Positions 56,854 through 64,000 of a stretch of 64,000 bases of DNA are shown one piece after another. Where the stretch lies: assembly GCA_001824825.1 (NCBI GenBank), contig MHTK01000002.1, forward strand, positions 70,020 to 134,019, read 5' to 3'. How positions within the stretch are numbered: position 1 is the first letter of the stretch; every line of letters begins with the position of its first letter. Position numbers and translations under genes: made by a program. The notes beneath the pieces are model-generated. The model searched no databases and had not been told where the DNA came from. It saw only the letters and a list, made by a program, of their open reading frames with translations. This stretch comes from Candidatus Vogelbacteria bacterium RIFOXYD1_FULL_46_19 (GTDB lineage: Bacteria; Patescibacteriota; Minisyncoccia; Phycocordibacterales; XYD1-FULL-46-19).

Positions 56854-58428
56854 ATGAAAAGAGTGGTGACACAAAGGGTGTCGGCTGAGCAACTCTATAA
56901 TTCGGATGATACTTTGCGTCTTCGTGACGTAGTGTATTTTCCTGGGAGTTGGGGTAAGCCGATTGAAGATGAAGATTTAGTTCAGGTGCTTAAGCTACTG
57001 TGGTTTCAGGAGCGAGCCGGTCGAGAGAGTTTGCGGTGGTTCGGTGAGCACCCCGGTTTTGTGATGGACACTCTCCAATCTTTTTATGAGGTGGATATTG
57101 GTTGCTATTGTGGACTCGAGCCTGCTTGGATTCACGATCTACCGAGAAGTCTCAGAAGACATCTTCGGGTACTGGGAGATATAGCCGCCCAGCGGGCCCC
57201 TCAAGACGTCTTCCAACTAATCCCGCAGCTACCGTTTACCGGCTTTGGACTGTCGGTGGAAGAAGGAGGGATGGTTGAGGCGGTGTATCGACACTGGCCT
57301 TTGCCAAGACTCGCTCGGGTGCGTCAGTTAGGGATGTTATCTCTTCCAGTTGTTGGACCAGAGCGACCCCACTTTTATGGTATCGGCTTTCAGCATACGC
57401 GTTATGTGCATAGTCTGATTGCGTATGCTTTTGCCACTTTGTGGGCGACCACTTGTGGCTTGACGGAGGACGAAAGTACAGTGATTAGACTAGCGGCTTT
57501 AACTCATGATCTCTTGACGCCGGCTGGTAGCGACACTACTAAACAGGTGGATCCGGTTCGTTTTGATGAAGACGCCAACTACTTCCGTTTGTTCGAACAC
57601 CCCGGTTGGCCCGCTTTAGCGGACAAATTCCAGGTTAACCAGTCGTTACTTTTAGAGACGATTGCCGGCCAAGGCCCTTTGGGCAAGCTTCTAGATTTGG
57701 CCGACAAGCTGTCCTACACCTTGGTGGACGCTGATAGTTTGCGTCGCCAACTACCGCGTGGCGTAATAGACTCGCCCGAGCTTGACTTGTTCCACCGGTT
57801 ACTGGAGAGCTATCCCTTTATTTTAAGCTGGTGGGATAGGGTGATGATGATGGAAGGACAAATGGTGGTAGCGTCGCCTCGGCGACTGGCGAATTTTCTC
57901 TTGTTGAGGGCGCTTATGTTCAAGATTCTTTACTTGAATCCGGCGGCCCGTTTGGTAGAGGAGGTTTACGGTTTAGCTCTTCGTTTTCTCTATGAACGAG
58001 GCGAGGTGACCACTTGCGACTTGCTCGATGGTGGGGACGAGGTAGTTAAAACCAAAGTGTTGGCGCTATTAGGGGAAAGCGACCTCCTTTCTGGTGATGA
58101 TGATATGTGGCGGCCTCGTCTCCAAATGTTTGAAACAGAAAAGGAGGCAGTAGACTACGAACAAACTATTCATCCACCGTGGATCGCTATTCGGACGGTC
58201 CGGCGCCCCATTAAATCGGCCCTGGATTCTTTCCCTGTTCTCTATTGCGGGCGGGTGGAATCACTACGCTTAGTCAGACCGGCAGAGGCGACCGAGATTG
58301 AGCGACTAATTGCTATTGATCGGCCATATTGCGTTTACTCTTGGTCTATTGAAGAAATTCGTCGCAACGGATCAAGAGAATTTGCTGGTTGGCTTGAAGG
58401 TGGAGGTGGAAGTATCGTTTCTCATTAG
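56854..58428 (+). CDS. Divergent HD-superfamily phosphohydrolase (dNTPase-like layout)
   Basis: RL..VRQLG, QHTRYVHSL, AALTHD, ADKLSY...D; own promoter, SD and terminator. Confidence 0.75.
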   Translation: MKRVVTQRVSAEQLYNSDDTLRLRDVVYFPGSWGKPIEDEDLVQVLKLLWFQERAGRESLRWFGEHPGFVMDTLQSFYEVDIGCYCGLEPAWIHDLPRSLRRHLRVLGDIAAQRAPQDVFQLIPQLPFTGFGLSVEEGGMVEAVYRHWPLPRLARVRQLGMLSLPVVGPERPHFYGIGFQHTRYVHSLIAYAFATLWATTCGLTEDESTVIRLAALTHDLLTPAGSDTTKQVDPVRFDEDANYFRLFEHPGWPALADKFQVNQSLLLETIAGQGPLGKLLDLADKLSYTLVDADSLRRQLPRGVIDSPELDLFHRLLESYPFILSWWDRVMMMEGQMVVASPRRLANFLLLRALMFKILYLNPAARLVEEVYGLALRFLYERGEVTTCDLLDGGDEVVKTKVLALLGESDLLSGDDDMWRPRLQMFETEKEAVDYEQTIHPPWIAIRTVRRPIKSALDSFPVLYCGRVESLRLVRPAEATEIERLIAIDRPYCVYSWSIEEIRRNGSREFAGWLEGGGGSIVSH

Positions 58429-58514
58429 TTGTACTCTGTGGCAACAAATCAGGGCCACGAGCGTCTTTGCGTTCGTGGCCCCTTTTATATTTTATACTAT
58501 GTATTTAAAGTCTC

Positions 58515-58919
58515 TTACTCTTTTTGCTCAGAAGTTAGAGTGTCTTTAATAAGTTGAGCATTGGTGGTGAAATCTTTTTTGTCCCCTCGAGCTTTAGAGC
58601 TGGGATAGACCCAGATGTGGGCGTGGGGCACTTCGTCACCCACAATTTTAGATAAAATCCACTCGGTATTAAAGGCTTGTCTTTGGGCTAAGGCTACTTT
58701 ATGAGCGACGGCAAAATATTTTTCGATGGTGGGCCCCTCCTTCGCCAAGGCTTCGGCGGGCAGGTCCCAAACCCAGCGGTAATGTTTTTTGGGTATCACT
58801 TGGACGTGGCCAACGGACTGTGGGTTGATATCGAGGAAGGCTAAAAAATTTTCATCCTCGTACACAGTATAAGACGGAATCTCACCAGCGACTATTTTAC
58901 AAAAAAGGCAATCGTTCAT
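58515..58919 (-). CDS. HIT-family hydrolase with a ~10-aa palindrome-encoded insertion
   Basis: CLFCKI, FLDINP..GH..VIPKKH, VPHAHIW. Confidence 0.93.
   Translation of the reverse strand: MNDCLFCKIVAGEIPSYTVYEDENFLAFLDINPQSVGHVQVIPKKHYRWVWDLPAEALAKEGPTIEKYFAVAHKVALAQRQAFNTEWILSKIVGDEVPHAHIWVYPSSKARGDKKDFTTNAQLIKDTLTSEQKE
58735..58764 (-). repeat. 30-bp intragenic palindromic element
   Basis: CCTGCCCGCCGAAGCCTTGGCGAAGGAGGG, read as LPAEALAKEG. Confidence 0.75.
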
Positions 58920-59003
58920 TAGTTTACTATAGCAAAATTAATTAATAGTCGTCCAAGTTAACCATTTTAGGTGAGGTCTGTAACTTGAGTTATAATAGCC
59001 AAG

Positions 59004-60740
59004 ATGCAAAAACGCTGGCTATTAAAACAAACGACCAGCCATTCGGACCTGGCGGGCTTGACTGAACTTTCAGCCACGATTTTAGCTAATCGCGGAGTTA
59101 CCTCAGGGCTTGAGGTTGCGGCTACCATTAGTCCCGACTATGCCGAGCACTTGCATGACCCTTTTTTAATGAAGGATATGGCGGGTGGAGTAAAACGCAT
59201 TCTCCAAGCGATAAAAAAGCAGGAAAAAATATTAATTTTTGGTGATTATGACGCCGACGGAGTACCAGCCTCCGCGGTTCTCGCTTGTTTTTTCAAACAA
59301 ATCGGTTACGAGCATTTTGATGTTTATATACCCGATCGCCACAATGAACAGTACGGCTTGTCGGTCGCCTCGATAGAAAAGTTTGCTGGGGAAGGGGTGA
59401 AGCTCATTATCACTGTCGATTGTGGGGTTTCCAATATCAAGGAGATTAAACGAGCCGGGGAGTTGGATCTCGAGGTGGTGGTGACCGATCATCACTTGCC
59501 ACCAGCCGAGTTGCCCCCGGCGGTGGCGGTGATTAATCCGAAGCGCTTGGATGATACCTATCCTTACAAATTTTTAGCGGGTACCGGGGTGGCTTTTAAG
59601 CTGGTGCAAGCTCTGATGGCTAAAGGTAAATTTACTGCGATTAAACCGGGTTGGGAAAAATGGCTCCTGGATCTGGTGGCGATTGCGACCGTGGCTGATA
59701 TGGTGCCGATGACGGGCGAAAACAAAGTGTTAACGCGCTTTGGACTGTTGGTACTTAAAAAAACCAGACGGGTTGGTCTGCTTGCCCTATTTAAAGCTTT
59801 GAAGTTGAAGCAACAATTTCTAGTGGAAGAAGATATTGGTTTTATGATCGGACCAAGGCTAAACTCGGCCGGTCGGATGTCGCATGCTTCGCAAGCTTAT
59901 TTTTTGTTAATGACGGATAATGACACGGAGGCCAGAACTATTACCACTCACTTGGAAGAAAAAAACCAAGAGCGGCGTAGTCAAGTGACTGACATTTTGG
60001 CGGAAGCGGATTTAAAGTATCAAGCGGCTGAAATTCCAGCGGTCGTGGTCTTAGGGCGGACGGAGTGGGGACTGGGAGTTTTGGGTCTCGCGGCGGCGCG
60101 GATTTCGGAAAAGTATAAGCGGACCACTTTTATTTGGGCCAAAAACGGCAATGGCGAAATCAAGGGTTCTTGTCGTTCGGGCGGTGAAGTAAATGTGGTG
60201 GATTTAATGGCGGCGGCCGGCGGGCGAGAATTCTTTTCCGACTTTGGGGGGCATGCTTTTGCGGGCGGATTTTCTTTGCCAGAGTCGCGCTTGGAACAGT
60301 TGGAGGAGACTCTCCTTAAGGCTTATGAAGATTTGCCTAAAACCGAAGTTATTGAGGAAGAGGAGGCCGATGCCAAGATTGGTCTTGATGATATTACTTG
60401 GGCTACTTTCAGCGAGGTAGAAAAGCTGGCACCGTATGGTTTGGAATTTCCGAAACCGGTGTTTTGGTTAGAGGGGGTGGAAATTGTGGCCGCTAAAAGT
60501 TTTGGTAAAACCGGTGGTCACGTGGAGCTGGTGTTTAAAAATTCTAAAGGGGAGTCGATACCAGCCATCGCCTTTTTTTCATGCGAGGGAGAACTGGCCT
60601 ATGACCAAGGCCACATTTGGCTCGGAGTAAATTTAGCCCCTGGTCGGCGAGTAGACGTACTTGCTAATATTGAGAAATCAACTTTTAAATACAAGCCGGA
60701 ACTCCGCTTGCGTATAGTTGACTTAAAGCAAAGTATTTGA
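59004..60740 (+). CDS. recJ: Single-stranded DNA exonuclease RecJ
   Basis: GDYDADG, ITVDCG, TDHH, ATVADMVP, PRLNSAGR, FGGHAFAGG. Confidence 0.96.
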   Translation: MQKRWLLKQTTSHSDLAGLTELSATILANRGVTSGLEVAATISPDYAEHLHDPFLMKDMAGGVKRILQAIKKQEKILIFGDYDADGVPASAVLACFFKQIGYEHFDVYIPDRHNEQYGLSVASIEKFAGEGVKLIITVDCGVSNIKEIKRAGELDLEVVVTDHHLPPAELPPAVAVINPKRLDDTYPYKFLAGTGVAFKLVQALMAKGKFTAIKPGWEKWLLDLVAIATVADMVPMTGENKVLTRFGLLVLKKTRRVGLLALFKALKLKQQFLVEEDIGFMIGPRLNSAGRMSHASQAYFLLMTDNDTEARTITTHLEEKNQERRSQVTDILAEADLKYQAAEIPAVVVLGRTEWGLGVLGLAAARISEKYKRTTFIWAKNGNGEIKGSCRSGGEVNVVDLMAAAGGREFFSDFGGHAFAGGFSLPESRLEQLEETLLKAYEDLPKTEVIEEEEADAKIGLDDITWATFSEVEKLAPYGLEFPKPVFWLEGVEIVAAKSFGKTGGHVELVFKNSKGESIPAIAFFSCEGELAYDQGHIWLGVNLAPGRRVDVLANIEKSTFKYKPELRLRIVDLKQSI

Positions 60741-60792
60741 TATAATATAAAGAGATAAGTCTTAGTCAAAAACCCACCAAAGGAGGTGTGCG

Positions 60793-61422
60793 ATGAGTTT
60801 CTTTAAGGTTTTGCTGATAGTGGCCTGGGTCAGTCTTGTAACAGTGGCCGGAGGTGAAGACGAAACCCCAACCGGGGTGTTGTCGGGAGTGGTAATTGAG
60901 GGTCAAGTGGAGATTAGGGAAAATCCCCACGCCGTTCCGACCGAAGAGTTTGTGGAGGCCTGCCGGAAGGAGATGCCCGTTGGGTCTCGGTTTTGGCAGG
61001 GTAAAACTTACCTGCGCTACTCGGGTCGCCAGATCGACTTTGAAATTGATCATCCACCCTTTGAGGGGTTACCCGCTGGTAAAGCGGACCGACGGCCGGT
61101 GGTGAAGCTGGTCGAAGCTATGGATTTGCCGACCCCGGCCAACTTTCGGCGGCCAGCTGACTGGTTTGGCTGGCAAACGGCAGCCGGCGAGGTGATCTTA
61201 AAGTTCGGTGGGTGCCTCGAAACCTTCGAGCTGAACCTTTTGCGGGTAGTGAGGGAGGAGGGCGAGGACTGGCAGTCAGAGTCGGTATACACAATGGGTT
61301 TCAATCGAGATCAGTTGATGGGTACCACGATCCGGGTGGGGAAGCTTCCACACCAAGAGGATTTAACTCCTTTAATGGCCAAGTTGGAGGAGCTCGGTGT
61401 TGTCGAGCCGCTGGCCCAGTAA
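60793..61422 (+). CDS. Orphan secreted protein (self-contained cassette)
   Basis: TTGACT-17-TATAAT, AAGGAGGT SD, signal peptide, terminator. Confidence 0.78.
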   Translation: MSFFKVLLIVAWVSLVTVAGGEDETPTGVLSGVVIEGQVEIRENPHAVPTEEFVEACRKEMPVGSRFWQGKTYLRYSGRQIDFEIDHPPFEGLPAGKADRRPVVKLVEAMDLPTPANFRRPADWFGWQTAAGEVILKFGGCLETFELNLLRVVREEGEDWQSESVYTMGFNRDQLMGTTIRVGKLPHQEDLTPLMAKLEELGVVEPLAQ

Positions 61423-61532
61423 ATAAATAAGATAAAGTTTTTTCCACCGGTGAGCCATAGCTTTGGCCCGCCGGTTATTTTTATCCCCATTTTTAGTTGA
61501 GTTAAATAATCTACGGTATATTATAAACTTAA

Positions 61533-63020
61533 ATGAAGCTAAAACTTATTGTAATCATAGTTGTAAGTCTGATGACACTGGGGTTTGGAGTTGGTTCGAC
61601 CTTAGCTCAGACCGTACCGCCTATTTGTAACCGTAATTTTCCCAATGAGTTAACGAAAAATTTGTTTGAAAATCCAGTGGGGTGTGCTTGTAGTAACAGT
61701 GCAACAAATCCATCTTTTTATCCTGGTTATAATCATCGAATTTTTACTTATTATGAATGGCCAGCGGGAACAGTCTGGGGGCCTTCTATGTATTGTCGAT
61801 ACCCCGGGGACCCGTTTAATCCACCTAGTACTGCCGTGGGCAAGGTTGAATATTGTGCGGATTTAGACGAGGGCCGATTTTGGTGGAGGAGTTCTTTGCA
61901 ACAGTATTATACTGGGCACTTACAAGGGAGGTACGCTTCCTTGCTTGATTTTGCTGCCATTAAACAAAGAAACGGCCCAAATGTCCCCGAAAATCAACGT
62001 CAAGAATTTTTATTTTGTGAAGGGAACGATTGGCATGAGTGTAGCACTAATCAAAACTGTGCCTATCAGCCCAAAGGGTATGGTCATAGTGAAGCTACTA
62101 GTAAATGTTTGGTAAATAAATACTCTCCGCCCGGCCGAAAAACTTGCCACTTTTTAAAAGATATTAAATTAGACGGTATTACTGTTTCTTCCCCTAAAGC
62201 CAGGGTTATATTTTTAGTGGACGCCACAGGCCGGCGGGACACTTTTGATGCAGCCGCGGTGGCTAAAACATTGGCGACAGCCGTGGCTAATACTGAACCA
62301 TTTAAGACTGTGCAACAAGAAAAGGGCTCAATTCAATTTTTATATATTGCGGGGGACATTGGCTCACAAATACCACCTCGGGAATTTGTTAAAAGTCATG
62401 ATGAAAGATGGACAATCAGTGATGGAGCACGGGACGATATTGAAAAATATATGAAGAAAATTGCTGGACAGGTAACTAATCAAAAGACTGTAATGGTTTT
62501 TATCGATGCTTCAATGAATAAACCTAGTCAGAACCCGGATGATATCATTGCTTTTGGGGGCGTACAGTTTGTTTATATGCCTTACTCGGCAAATTCTTTT
62601 GACAATAAAACGACAATAGTTCATGAGTTGGGCCATTCGCTATTTGATTTAAGTGACGAATATTCTTATCTAGAGGGTGGATTAGATCGATCTCATTATA
62701 GTTTAGGTCTAAATGTTATATCACAAATTTCTGTGTATGGCGTTAGGGGGTTTATATGTCATAAATTTGATGATTACAGTCTTAAATGGCCTAATTGCTA
62801 CGGTATAGGCTCTAATCAAGAAACCCATGAAGGCTTGACTGTGTGGAAATCGACCCAAAACAGTGTAATGAACGATCCGTGGGAGGAGGATAGATATAAT
62901 GTTATTAGTTGTGCCAGCATTCTGCGAGAACTGGGTTATGAAAGTGATTTAAATAAGGCAGTTAGAAAGTGTCAAACACCGCCTATATCCTTAGGAATAA
63001 TTCAAAATGAAAATCAATAA
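61533..63020 (+). CDS. Secreted Cys-rich zinc metallopeptidase (M64-like motif)
   Basis: Signal peptide; HELGHSLFDLSDEY; downstream NSVM Met-turn-like motif. Confidence 0.75.
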   Translation: MKLKLIVIIVVSLMTLGFGVGSTLAQTVPPICNRNFPNELTKNLFENPVGCACSNSATNPSFYPGYNHRIFTYYEWPAGTVWGPSMYCRYPGDPFNPPSTAVGKVEYCADLDEGRFWWRSSLQQYYTGHLQGRYASLLDFAAIKQRNGPNVPENQRQEFLFCEGNDWHECSTNQNCAYQPKGYGHSEATSKCLVNKYSPPGRKTCHFLKDIKLDGITVSSPKARVIFLVDATGRRDTFDAAAVAKTLATAVANTEPFKTVQQEKGSIQFLYIAGDIGSQIPPREFVKSHDERWTISDGARDDIEKYMKKIAGQVTNQKTVMVFIDASMNKPSQNPDDIIAFGGVQFVYMPYSANSFDNKTTIVHELGHSLFDLSDEYSYLEGGLDRSHYSLGLNVISQISVYGVRGFICHKFDDYSLKWPNCYGIGSNQETHEGLTVWKSTQNSVMNDPWEEDRYNVISCASILRELGYESDLNKAVRKCQTPPISLGIIQNENQ

Positions 63021-64000
63021 ATCGATTTTAAAATATTTGGGTCTCACTTTAATACTCGTAGTGGGGGTATTGTCTTTGGGGTGGCACGGGGATGAGTACT
63101 TAAGTTTTACCGTTTACGCCGGTAACTCGCTGGCGCGGACGGCCAAAAGTTTGCTGGCCCAAGTGTCCTCTAGTGTTTCTTCGCCTATTGTTTCCAGTGT
63201 AGATTTAATGGGATCGGGAGTGGTGGGCAACAGCTGGCAAGTGGGGACCACCAACACTGTAACTTGGTCTTACGGCAATTTTAGTCCCACAGTAAAAACC
63301 GTATCCTTAAGCTTGTGTAACCCGATTACCTCAGGATCGTTTGAGTATTGCATTTTGATGAGTCATGGGCCTGATCAGCCGCAAAATAAAGTTGTATCAG
63401 GCGATGGTCAGATAGCGGGCACCGCCACCTCTCTCCAACCTCTCGGCCAAGCGGTAGTATCAAAACATATCAATCCTTACTACCACCTCTCAGTGGAAGA
63501 AAAGAAAGCTAAAGGGGCGCTCCTGGCCGCAGCCTTTAGTGGATATCGTACTAGAATTAAAGTTTGTCCGACTGATGATTTAGGCCAAACACCGGGTGGG
63601 GCGAGATGTGCTTACAGCCAAATCTATTACGTTAGTGACCCAGCTAATCCGCCACCATCTAGTGAACCATCAGTGACCACTTTCCCGCCAACGGTGTTCA
63701 CGGTTAATATTAGCGGTAGTGGTATGGTTTCTAATACTCGCTGGCAAGTGGGCACCTCTAATACCTTAAGTTGGACTTATAAAGATTTTAGTAGCACTGC
63801 TAAAACTGTATCTCTAAGCCTATGTAATCCAGCCCTCTCCGGGACTAATGAATACTGTATTTTGATGAGCCGGGGACCCAATCAACCACAAAATAAAGTT
63901 GTATCAGGCGATGGTCAGGTAGCGGGCACCGCCACCTCCCTCCAGCCCCTCGGCCAAGCAGTGGTATCAAATTACATCAACCCTTACTATTATCTGTCGA
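63007..64000 (+). CDS. Large secreted repeat protein, 3'-truncated by window edge
   Basis: ATG 63007 overlaps the upstream gene; hand-translated portions are open; MKINKSILKYLGLTLILVVG; 507-bp tandem domain repeat. Absent from the ORF track. Confidence 0.8.
   Translation, partial: MKINKSILKYLGLTLILVVGVLSLGWHGDEYLSFTVYAGNSLARTAKSLLAQVSSSVSSPIVSSVDLMGSGVVGNSWQVGTTNTVTWSYGNFSPTVKTVSLSLCNPITSGSFEYCILMSHGPDQPQNKVVSGDGQIAGTATSLQPLGQAVVSKHINPYYHLSVEEKKAKGALLAAAFSGYRTRIKVCPTDDLGQTPGGARCAYSQIYYVSDPANPPPSSEPSVTTFPPTVFTVNISGSGMVSNTRWQVGTSNTLSWTYKDFSSTAKTVSLSLCNPALSGTNEYCILMSRGPNQPQNKVVSGDGQVAGTATSLQPLGQAVVSNYINPYYYLS

Noticed and set aside
643-62454. Numerous short antisense or out-of-frame ORFs in the ORF track (e.g. 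749-1120, 13459-13770, 27923-28456, 51200-51826)
   Set aside because: They overlap well-supported genes, lack motifs and start signals, and read as reverse-frame shadows
1-64000. CRISPR array, cas genes, rRNA, transposases, reverse transcriptase
   Set aside because: No regularly spaced repeat-spacer series and no diagnostic motifs seen

Overview
A 64-kb chromosomal segment of a small-genome bacterium. Gene content (PrgI/VirB4/VirB6-like cluster, short trigger factor, many orphan membrane proteins) points to Patescibacteria/CPR, probably Parcubacteria; this is inference. Core genes include rsmA, pcrA/uvrD, comM, pnp, rpsO, a xer recombinase, a CCA-adding enzyme, hup, rny, clpP, tig, ppa, nusA, tpiA, pgk and recJ. 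There are four intact tRNAs, a candidate 6S RNA and a parS-like/DnaA-box cluster. The most unusual signals are non-coding. (1) A complete tRNA-Pro(UGG) is nested inside the anticodon loop of a second tRNA-Pro, carried in the loop of a palindromic mini-element; an empty relative of that element is inserted in-frame in the HIT gene. (2) An identical 152-bp structured module follows both tRNA-Gly genes, each bracketed by a duplication of that tRNA's own 3' end. (3) About nine solitary orphan genes carry their own sigma70 promoter, strong Shine-Dalgarno and terminator, in a genome whose core genes look leaderless. (4) A 4-kb island bounded by an exact 29-bp direct repeat encodes a dehydrogenase-fold protein lacking the usual catalytic triad and a methyltransferase-SDR fusion. 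(5) One gene looks like a DGR target, with no RT or template repeat in view. All calls were made by eye; no searches or folding programs were run.
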